Positions 26,246-32,981 of a DNA stretch of 34,262 nucleotides are shown here, in pieces (the stretch's first letter is position 1; each line of letters begins with the position of its first letter). This DNA is from a virus. Taxonomy: Duplodnaviria > Heunggongvirae > Uroviricota > Caudoviricetes. The notes under the pieces were generated by a model. That model was given only the letters and a program-made list of their open reading frames with translations. It did no database searches and had not been told where the DNA came from. The DNA lies in the IMG/VR virus record IMGVR_UViG_3300014208_000025, positions 244,967 to 279,228 of that record. The stretch is one strand, 5' to 3'. A program made the translations under genes and the position numbers.

Positions 26246-26416
26246 ATGATAACAGAACATAACATTGTGACCGATAAAGGAAACACTATTCAGGTCTTCT
26301 ATAACAGCGACAACAATCTTCTTGTAGTTGATCTTATAGCCAAGAACGAGTCGGGCGGCAACGAAATACTTCGCCAGACGTTGGATGAATCCAAATTACT
26401 CAAACATACAACCTAG
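26246..26416 (+). CDS. small hypothetical protein (56 aa), leaderless
   Basis: TTGACA-N16-TATAGT-N6-ATG. Confidence 0.65.
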   Translation: MITEHNIVTDKGNTIQVFYNSDNNLLVVDLIAKNESGGNEILRQTLDESKLLKHTT

Positions 26417-26470
26417 TAATAATTTCACAAAACAATTTGACAATTCTAAAAACAAGATTAGGGTATAGAC

Positions 26471-26737
26471 ATGAGTAAACACATAATTTGGGCAGAAATG
26501 GCCCGTAGAAAAGTCCAGTTTCATCCAAACGAATCTTGGGAAACCATTACTCTTTGGGGGTTGTTTGAATGGGGGTCCGTCAGTAAATTGATTAACACCG
26601 GTGAACTCCTAACCAATTACAGAAAAGAGAATCGGACGGTATGGGTCAGACCATCTAAAGAATCGTGGGAAACCAAAATCAAACCGTTGATTGACGGTTA
26701 TTCTCTTTCCGAATTGACTACAATGGCAGGTTGGTAA
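26471..26737 (+). CDS. hypothetical protein, leaderless
   Basis: TTGACA-N16-TAGGGT-N6-ATG. Confidence 0.75.
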   Translation: MSKHIIWAEMARRKVQFHPNESWETITLWGLFEWGSVSKLINTGELLTNYRKENRTVWVRPSKESWETKIKPLIDGYSLSELTTMAGW

Positions 26738-26788
26738 ATAATCAAACAAAACATTTGACTTTCACAAAACTTCGATTAACTTAACCCA

Positions 26789-27613
26789 ATGAAATTATTA
26801 AAGTTTAGTGACGGAAACAGCAAACTACCAAAGGGTATAACAACTTTTTCGTTGCCGGCATCCTACTCATGTCCGGGAGCAAACGAGTGTCGTTCTCAAG
26901 CAGTTAAGACAAGTGAAGGATTCAGAATTAAAGATGGTCCTAACTGTCAATTCCGTTGTTTCGCCGCCATTGACGAAGTTCTTAAACCGAACGTCAGAGA
27001 ACAACGATGGCACAATTTCAACCTTTTGAAAACGTGTAAATCCACAGTTGAAATGGTGGAATTGATCGTTAAATCGTTACCGGCATCGGCGTTCAATTTA
27101 CCCGTGAGATTACATGTCAGTGGAGATTTTTTCTCGCAAATGTATTTTGATGCGTGGTTGGAAGTTGCTCGAAAGTTTCCCCAACGTATCTTTTACGGTT
27201 ACAGTAAATCGTTATTGGTATGGGTGGCTCGTAAAGACAACATGCCTCCGAATTTCAAATTGGTGGCTAGTCGAGGCGGAAAATGGGATAACCTAATTGA
27301 GACTCATAAACTCAGATCGGCCAAGGTGGTTTACAGTGAAGCCGAAGCAATCTCTCTTGGTCTGTCAATAGACCATGACGATTCATATTGTTACAAGGGT
27401 ACTGACGATTTTGCCCTACTCCTTCACGGCACGCAACCAGCCGGCAGTGCATCGGCCAAAGCGTGGCAGGAGTTGAAGAAAATTGGCAAGGGCGGCTACC
27501 ACAATCAGAAACGGGGCCGGGGTTGGGGCGGCAAGGATTACGAGGGTCAACCCCTCAAAAAAAACTATGGTAGGGGTACCCCCTCCCCCAAGGGTATGAA
27601 AGTTCTCGCTTGA
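26789..27613 (+). CDS. GP88-family phage protein
   Basis: GNSKL..FSLPA..SCPGA..C..CFA and VRLHVSGDFFS..Y..W..FYGYSKS pattern. Confidence 0.75.
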   Translation: MKLLKFSDGNSKLPKGITTFSLPASYSCPGANECRSQAVKTSEGFRIKDGPNCQFRCFAAIDEVLKPNVREQRWHNFNLLKTCKSTVEMVELIVKSLPASAFNLPVRLHVSGDFFSQMYFDAWLEVARKFPQRIFYGYSKSLLVWVARKDNMPPNFKLVASRGGKWDNLIETHKLRSAKVVYSEAEAISLGLSIDHDDSYCYKGTDDFALLLHGTQPAGSASAKAWQELKKIGKGGYHNQKRGRGWGGKDYEGQPLKKNYGRGTPSPKGMKVLA

Positions 27614-27643
27614 CATTTCACAAAACAATGTTACCTTGACGTT

Positions 27644-27817
27644 ATGAATAATACAATCAAACTGCCCAACGGTCACAAATGGGAAGAAGTTACTGCTGCA
27701 ACCGCATCTGAAACTTGGTTTCAATGTAATCGTTGTGGAGCGACTTTCATCCATGACATGATTGACGACTCCATTGAACAGGAAGCAGGCGATGAAAGTT
27801 GTGACGCTCAAGATTGA
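27644..27817 (+). CDS. small Zn-ribbon-like protein (57 aa), leaderless
   Basis: GHKW..CNRCG; own promoter. Confidence 0.6.
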   Translation: MNNTIKLPNGHKWEEVTAATASETWFQCNRCGATFIHDMIDDSIEQEAGDESCDAQD

Positions 27818-27853
27818 ACTTGACAAACCGAAAATTTCATTTAAGGTAAATCA

Positions 27854-28456
27854 ATGAGAACACTTGAAACGGTAAAGATTTGGTCGGGGGATGGCTTGGG
27901 TCAAGCCTCAGCCGTCACATTGACACAACTCAAACGTACGTCGGATGTGGCTTTATATCAACGTACTCAGAAAAGCGGTGCTTCGCAGGGGTATGAAGTC
28001 TTCATGGTCAAAGTCGTCGAGGCTGGTGCTCCCCTCCCTGGTGGGGGCGTGGTGGAGGAAAGTTACGAGCAATATCCAACGGCCAATCGTTTCGGAAGAA
28101 CGGCTTGGGCACCTGCGTCACTCGATCACGCAGAAAGAATTTACGAGAATCTGGTCAGAGGATTGAAACCTTGTGATGTGAGCGAGGCTGACGATGAAGA
28201 GGGCAACGAGACGCCCGAAATTCCTACGGTGCCAAGGGTGTCGGGTCAGCGTGGTCGCATCAAGAAAGAACTTCCTGTGTTGACTCTACCTGACAAGGAA
28301 TTCACCGTAGGTGAATTGGCCGAGGCAAACAAGGTGGAATATCCGATTGCCTATCAGTTCATCAAGGCGGCTCTTGAAATCAAAACGATCAAGTTTGTTC
28401 GGACCGAACGTCGCAATGCCAAGGGCAAGGAAAGTTCCATTTACTCAAAAATTTAA
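27854..28456 (+). CDS. two-domain protein with a C-terminal winged-HTH-like region
   Basis: FTVGELAEANKVEYPIAYQFIK...GKESSIYS; acidic linker. Confidence 0.65.
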   Translation: MRTLETVKIWSGDGLGQASAVTLTQLKRTSDVALYQRTQKSGASQGYEVFMVKVVEAGAPLPGGGVVEESYEQYPTANRFGRTAWAPASLDHAERIYENLVRGLKPCDVSEADDEEGNETPEIPTVPRVSGQRGRIKKELPVLTLPDKEFTVGELAEANKVEYPIAYQFIKAALEIKTIKFVRTERRNAKGKESSIYSKI

Positions 28457-28491
28457 TTTGACAATCGCAAACAATAGTGTAAGGTATCTCT

Positions 28492-28893
28492 ATGAATAAA
28501 AAAGTTCTCGCAGCAACCAGACGGGCCTACGGTGATTCACAACAGTTCCCCGATACCATCGAAGGCAACCTCAAACAAAACAAAGCCTTCGCGGCACGTA
28601 ATCTCAACTTCCGGGCTCCGGCACCTGTGTCGGTAACGGATGCGGTGGAAATCATGCGAGTGGCCCTTTGTGTTCCCTCAACGGAAATGGAAGCCTATAA
28701 CAATTTCAAACCGGCTCACTTGGGCATGTTGCCTGAATGCTCCAAGGTCATTCTCGCCCGTGAAGGGTCGGTTTGTGTTTACGTTAAATTGCCCAAGGAT
28801 TTCAAAACGGTTGACGCCCGAACATTGCGATACATGATGGTTGATGAATGTCATCCACAGAAAGATGGAACTGTACGGTTATGGTGGGATTAG
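28492..28893 (+). CDS. hypothetical phage protein, leaderless
   Basis: 133 aa ending VRLWWD; own promoter. Confidence 0.75.
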   Translation: MNKKVLAATRRAYGDSQQFPDTIEGNLKQNKAFAARNLNFRAPAPVSVTDAVEIMRVALCVPSTEMEAYNNFKPAHLGMLPECSKVILAREGSVCVYVKLPKDFKTVDARTLRYMMVDECHPQKDGTVRLWWD

Positions 28894-28971
28894 ATTTAAG
28901 ATTTTTCTCACCTTTGTTCTGCCCAAACTAAATTAAGGGGTGGTACTCCCTCCCCATAGGGTCTAAACATT

Positions 28972-29199
28972 ATGAGCATGACCAAACAAGAAGCCAAAGA
29001 CAAGTTGAGACAGGCACAAGAATTGATTTTCGAAGTGGAGAAACAATTCATCGAAAGCGAATTTCCACGACTTCATGGCTACCGTGCTCGCATTGCGTTG
29101 GCCACCTTTCAAGACATCATCGGTTATAGTTTCTGGAACAAGGATGAACCTTTAATCGAAACAAAAGATTTGACAAATCAAAAACCTGTGGCATCTTAA
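28972..29199 (+). CDS. hypothetical protein
   Basis: 75-aa ORF. Confidence 0.6.
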   Translation: MSMTKQEAKDKLRQAQELIFEVEKQFIESEFPRLHGYRARIALATFQDIIGYSFWNKDEPLIETKDLTNQKPVAS

Positions 29200-29202
29200 T
29201 TT

Positions 29203-29358
29203 ATGAATCCCTACGGAGAATGTTGTATCTGTCATCAAGCCTTCAAAAAGTGGGATCGGAAACATCGTATTCAAATCATCAAATGTGGCGTCAGGTCAGA
29301 GGAAGAATACGATTACTGTTCGCAATGTTACTCCATTCACATTGAGAAAAACGATTGA
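29203..29358 (+). CDS. small Zn-finger protein (51 aa)
   Basis: CCIC..YCSQC; stop within the next TTGACA. Confidence 0.55.
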   Translation: MNPYGECCICHQAFKKWDRKHRIQIIKCGVRSEEEYDYCSQCYSIHIEKND

Positions 29359-29393
29359 CACTCCTTGGATGTTCTAATATACTTCCATACCCT

Positions 29394-29636
29394 ATGAAGA
29401 AAAATCTAACTCTCTTAATTGTGGCATTCACTTTGATTGCCGGAACTACCATTCGGGTTGACGCCAAACAGACTCCACGAGAACAACATCACGAACAACA
29501 TGACGACCGAGAGGATCAAGATGATCGTGACGGTAACTGTCATAGTATTCCTGACTCTGGGAGTACTCTCCCCCTACTGGGAGCGGGCTTCATTGGTTTA
29601 TTCTTCGTTCGTCGCAAGTTTCAAGTTGTCGGTTGA
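29394..29636 (+). CDS. minimal VPDSG-CTERM (PEP-CTERM-like exosortase substrate) protein
   Basis: Signal peptide MKKNLTLLIVAFTLIAG..VDA; charged linker; C-terminal IPDSGST, transmembrane helix and RRK. Confidence 0.8.
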   Translation: MKKNLTLLIVAFTLIAGTTIRVDAKQTPREQHHEQHDDREDQDDRDGNCHSIPDSGSTLPLLGAGFIGLFFVRRKFQVVG

Positions 29637-29667
29637 GGGATTCATTCTCCCTCCTTTCTGTTGGGTC

Positions 29668-29697
29668 AACGAGCATCCCGTTATTGGGGTGCTCGTT
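29668..29697 (+). terminator. intrinsic terminator closing the rightward array
   Basis: AACGAGCATCCC/GGGGTGCTCGTT stem followed by CCTTT. Confidence 0.65.
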
Positions 29698-29796
29698 CCT
29701 TTGCGTCTGGTGGGGGTGGTACTCCCTATGGAGGGGAGATGGTCATAATTATTTAGAGCGTTTTCAAATTATCAGATATATTTATAGTTCGCTCCT

Positions 29797-30501
29797 ATGA
29801 ATATGTTGATATCTAAAGACGAACTAAATAATCTTGAATCCAATGATTTAGTTCCATTTGAATGTGAAATTTGTAAGTCAACGTTTTACAAAAAGAAACA
29901 TTATGCTCTTAGAGGTCTAAAAGGAACTCGAAACTATTCTGCTTGTAGTAAAGAATGCTGGAAAAAAGTTATAGGTAATAGACATAGACACGAATGTATT
30001 ACATTAACATGTGATTGGTGTAAAAAAGAATTTCAACGTAAACCAAATCTTCACCTGAGACGAAAAAAAATGTTATCTCAACATTGTTTTTGTTCTCGAA
30101 AATGTTCTTATCTGTATAGACAATCCGACAATTCATTTGGTAAACGTTCCACATTAGAAAAATGGATTGAGCAAAAATTGACCGTTGATTTTCCTACCAT
30201 CAGCATCGAATATAATAACATTACAACAATCAATGGAGAATTAGATATTTTTATACCTACGTTGGATTTAGCATTTGAAATTAACGGCGTCGGTCATTAC
30301 AAACCGATATACGGAGTTGATAATTTCAAAAAAAGAATTAAAAAAGACGGAGAGAAAATTGAAGAATGTTTGGCAAGAAAAATTGACTTGTTTGTTATTG
30401 ATTGCAAAGAATTTAATACGCTCAAAGAGGATAGAGATATTAAATACTACAATCGAATTTGTGAAGAAATATCACGAAAATGGCGAGCGGTCTGCGGGTA
30501 A
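29797..30501 (+). CDS. Zn-finger plus PD-(D/E)xK/Vsr-like endonuclease, probable homing endonuclease
   Basis: Two CxxC..CS..C fingers; ELDIFIP..LAFEINGVGHY nuclease motif; AT-rich; adjacent to a tRNA-like gene. Confidence 0.75.
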   Translation: MNMLISKDELNNLESNDLVPFECEICKSTFYKKKHYALRGLKGTRNYSACSKECWKKVIGNRHRHECITLTCDWCKKEFQRKPNLHLRRKKMLSQHCFCSRKCSYLYRQSDNSFGKRSTLEKWIEQKLTVDFPTISIEYNNITTINGELDIFIPTLDLAFEINGVGHYKPIYGVDNFKKRIKKDGEKIEECLARKIDLFVIDCKEFNTLKEDRDIKYYNRICEEISRKWRAVCG

Positions 30502-30557
30502 CGCACCACGCACTTGAAACTGGAAAGTTCCCATGCTTCTCCTTACATCAAGACCGC
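30486..30557 (-). tRNA. degenerate tRNA-Gly(TCC)-like gene
   Basis: Perfect acceptor GCGGTCT/AGACCGC with U73; D stem ATGT/GCAT; anticodon loop appears to be 6 nt (TTTCCA); non-canonical T loop. Confidence 0.55.
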
Positions 30558-30656
30558 ATCAATACATAGTCCCCATTTCTGGAAACCACTAACTTTAATT
30601 CGGTAAATCTGTAAGTGTTTTTGATAGGTTGTTTATATGTACAACCAGTCAAATCT

Positions 30657-31166
30657 ATGAATACATATTACACTGAAATCCAAAAATGTCAAGCGAAACA
30701 AAATAGAGAAATCTATTTTAATCGTGGTCGAACACAAGCCAAACAGAATGACCCTTTACATATCAAAGGATGTATGCTTTATTGGGCAGAAGGCACCAAA
30801 AGCAGAAACACTTTTGGATTTAGTAACTGTGAAGTAGAAACTCATAAACTGATGGTTTCTTTCTTAAAGCGATTCTTTGGCGACCACTTCCACAAACTTA
30901 AAGTGCGAGTCAATTTTTATCCATCAAAGACAAACTCATACGAATCTGTTCAGAAGTTTTGGTGTGACCAATTAGGAATCGAACTCCATCAGTTCAACAA
31001 ATATACTGACAGGTCAAAATACTACACGACACCAAAAGTCAACAAATATCCAAACGGGATTTTGTTATTACGATTAGGGTCGAATCAGGTGGTTCAACAT
31101 ATTTTTGGGGCCATTAACGAATATGTTGGAAGTGATTTGTATCATGTGGATTCATTTAGAAAATGA
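30657..31166 (+). CDS. LAGLIDADG-like putative homing endonuclease
   Basis: GCMLYWAEGTK..FGFSN..FLKR..FW pattern; lies between tRNA genes on the opposite strand. Confidence 0.6.
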   Translation: MNTYYTEIQKCQAKQNREIYFNRGRTQAKQNDPLHIKGCMLYWAEGTKSRNTFGFSNCEVETHKLMVSFLKRFFGDHFHKLKVRVNFYPSKTNSYESVQKFWCDQLGIELHQFNKYTDRSKYYTTPKVNKYPNGILLLRLGSNQVVQHIFGAINEYVGSDLYHVDSFRK

Positions 31167-31199
31167 AAAAGACACTAACATTTCTGTCAGTGCCTTTTC
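31165..31199. terminator. bidirectional hairpin terminator
   Basis: GAAAAAGACACTAACA/TGTCAGTGCCTTTTC imperfect inverted repeat between convergent units. Confidence 0.55.
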
Positions 31200-31203
31200 A
31201 AAG

Positions 31204-31277
31204 TAACGGAGGCAGGATTTGAACCTGCGACCTCATGGTTATGAGCCATGCGAGCTACCAAACTGCTCCACCCCGTA
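31204..31277 (-). tRNA. tRNA-Met(CAT), initiator-like
   Basis: Cloverleaf with a U1xU72 mismatch, fMet-like D arm GGAGCAGTTTGGTAGCTC and loop CTCATAA; CCA not encoded. Confidence 0.9.
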
Positions 31278-31279
31278 AT

Positions 31280-31655
31280 AAAGCGCCCGTTCTGACTCAG
31301 CCATCCAGCGAGTTCTACGTGGCAGTCTGCGACTTTCCCACTCCCTCTCCGGCATTTTGTCGTGTCAGATTCAGATGGGACCGGTCAATCATTGTCATCC
31401 TATCTGACTCTCATGTGAACGGAACATGAGTTTTTATTTATCTCATGCTACCCTGACTTTTCCATTACTTTTTCCACCTGCGTTAATCCTATTCACTGAG
31501 CAACGCGGGCTAACTAATCTCAGTTTCTTCTAATTCGTTGAGGCTGCCGTGCTCCCATCGGAACTTTGGTTGGGCTTACGTCGTCTTGCTCGTTTCCTAC
31601 TTGCCCAATTGGCGTTCGTGTTAGAGTTTAACGACCTACCATTTAATGCCCTTCA
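31280..31655 (-). ncRNA. candidate large structured ncRNA upstream of the initiator-like tRNA
   Basis: Promoter TTGACT-N16-TATAGT at 31665-31692; no credible ORF; stems GTCAGAT/ATCTGAC, CATGAG/CTCATG, TTGGGC/GCCCAA, ACTGAG/CTCAGT, GCGTT/AACGC. Confidence 0.55.
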
Positions 31656-31837
31656 ACGTAAATAACTATAACACAGTCAAAGAAAAAGTCAAGCGGATTT
31701 TTTCAATTTGTCTTTCAACTCTTTCAATTGAATTCGTAGCGGTTGCCGATCAACCTTTCCATCCAAACTGTTCAAGGATAAATATTTATCAAGAACCTGT
31801 AACAATTCTTGAAGTGTTAGTTCTCGTTCAGTGGAAT

Positions 31838-32038
31838 TCATTTTTTCAATTCTCTCACTTCTTCCGGTGAGAATTCAAACGTGTCACCTTTACGGAAAGA
31901 AATCACACGGTTAGGAATATCCTTCATCAAGGCGAGGATGTAATTCTTTCGCACCCGTGAACTCATCTTAACATACCGCATCTTGAGGAATTCAAACGGA
32001 ACACCTTTCCGAATTCGGAAAAACCGTTTCTTTTTCAT
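31838..32038 (-). CDS. basic hypothetical protein
   Basis: 66 aa; ATGA overlap. Confidence 0.6.
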   Translation of the reverse strand: MKKKRFFRIRKGVPFEFLKMRYVKMSSRVRKNYILALMKDIPNRVISFRKGDTFEFSPEEVRELKK

Positions 32039-32217
32039 TTTTCCAATTCCCTCAACCGCTGGTCACCTGAGCCAACGATGCGGCCTTGCCGGTTACGAGT
32101 GCGGTCATCCCCTTCATGGTAAATGGCAATGATACGTCCATTGCCATCACGGAGGGTGTTTCCGTCTTGTTTCCCCACAATCTTACCTTCACGGTTTCTG
32201 ATGAATTGGTCACTCAT
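32035..32217 (-). CDS. small protein with R[N/D]xxG[K/R]I[V/I] repeats, leaderless
   Basis: Three internal repeats (RNREGKIVG, RDGNGRIIA, RNRQGRIVG); own promoter. Confidence 0.7.
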   Translation of the reverse strand: MSDQFIRNREGKIVGKQDGNTLRDGNGRIIAIYHEGDDRTRNRQGRIVGSGDQRLRELEK

Positions 32218-32278
32218 AATGTTAATCTACTACAGGATTTTGTTTTGTCAAGAGGATACGTCACATTGAACTGGAATA

Positions 32279-32365
32279 TGGTGGGCTCACAGGGAATCGA
32301 ACCCCGATCTGTCGTTTATGAGACGACGGCTCTACATCTTGCGAATACCATTGAGCTATGAGCCC
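32279..32365 (-). tRNA. tRNA with CAT anticodon (Ile2-like) and an enlarged D-loop
   Basis: GGGCTCA/TGAGCCC-A-CCA acceptor; GTCGT-CTCATAA-ACGAC anticodon arm; canonical T arm; 20-nt D-loop. Confidence 0.85.
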
Positions 32366-32382
32366 GAGCCAATTGTCAATAA

Positions 32383-32586
32383 CTATATCTTACCTTCCCA
32401 ACTGAGAACGTATTTGATGGCGGCCACCGTATCACTGTTCCAGTTGTAAAGGCGTGCATCCATTTGAAGGTTGGCACGATTGGCGAACTTGTCGTTGGGT
32501 GCCGAAAAACAGAAGTTATCCACCGGCAACGGTTTGGCATGTGGAAACTTCCGCATGGCCGAATCAATCAAGTCAGTGGTTTTCAT
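32383..32586 (-). CDS. hypothetical protein
   Basis: 67 aa; ATGA overlap. Confidence 0.65.
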   Translation of the reverse strand: MKTTDLIDSAMRKFPHAKPLPVDNFCFSAPNDKFANRANLQMDARLYNWNSDTVAAIKYVLSWEGKI

Positions 32587-32951
32587 GTAGTCGGGTCTTT
32601 GACCATTTTGCCCGCCCGGTCGAGAATGTATTGAGCGGCAAGGTCAACTTCCTTGTAAGAGAAGTATTTCCGGTCGGCCCAATCGGCATCGGTTGCTGGC
32701 AGGTTATTGAGTAAATGGGTTGTGTAACAGTAAACCACAATTTCATCACTGTTACGACACTCGGAAAATGCAATGGTAAATTGATTCATTCCCACACACC
32801 AGACCTTAAGAACAAACCCTTGTTCCCGACCGTTGTCGAAACATTCAAACCAACTGTTCCGCATCAGTATGACGGATTGATTGATACGATTGATGGCTCG
32901 CCGGACCTTTTCGGCCACGGCGAGGTTTTGTTTCATGCGAATCGGTTTCAT
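32583..32951 (-). CDS. hypothetical phage protein, leaderless
   Basis: TTGACA-N16-TAGGTT-N6-ATG. Confidence 0.75.
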   Translation of the reverse strand: MKPIRMKQNLAVAEKVRRAINRINQSVILMRNSWFECFDNGREQGFVLKVWCVGMNQFTIAFSECRNSDEIVVYCYTTHLLNNLPATDADWADRKYFSYKEVDLAAQYILDRAGKMVKDPTT

Positions 32952-32981
32952 ATTGTCAACCTACCATTGTTTTTAGATTTG

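Larger units (their letters stand above)
20731..29383 (+). repeat. rightward array of about 20 dispersed promoter repeats
   Basis: TTGAC[A/T]-N16/17-TAnnnT at 20731, 21052, 21281, 21497, 21893, 22648, 23660, 24098, 25021, 25205, 25711, 26093, 26212, 26437, 26755, 27610, 27820, 28458 and 29355 among others. Confidence 0.9.

Noticed and set aside
9985-29383. Dispersed ~30-45-bp repeats considered as a CRISPR array or integron attC sites
   Set aside because: The repeats are degenerate promoter sequences separated by whole genes. They lack the attC palindromic structure, and no cas or integrase gene is present in the window.
31280-31655. RNase P RNA or group I intron assignment
   Set aside because: The RNase P P4 motif (GAGGAAAGUCC) is not found. 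Only a possible P7-like GACT/AGTC pairing is seen and there are no flanking exons, so it is kept as an unassigned ncRNA.
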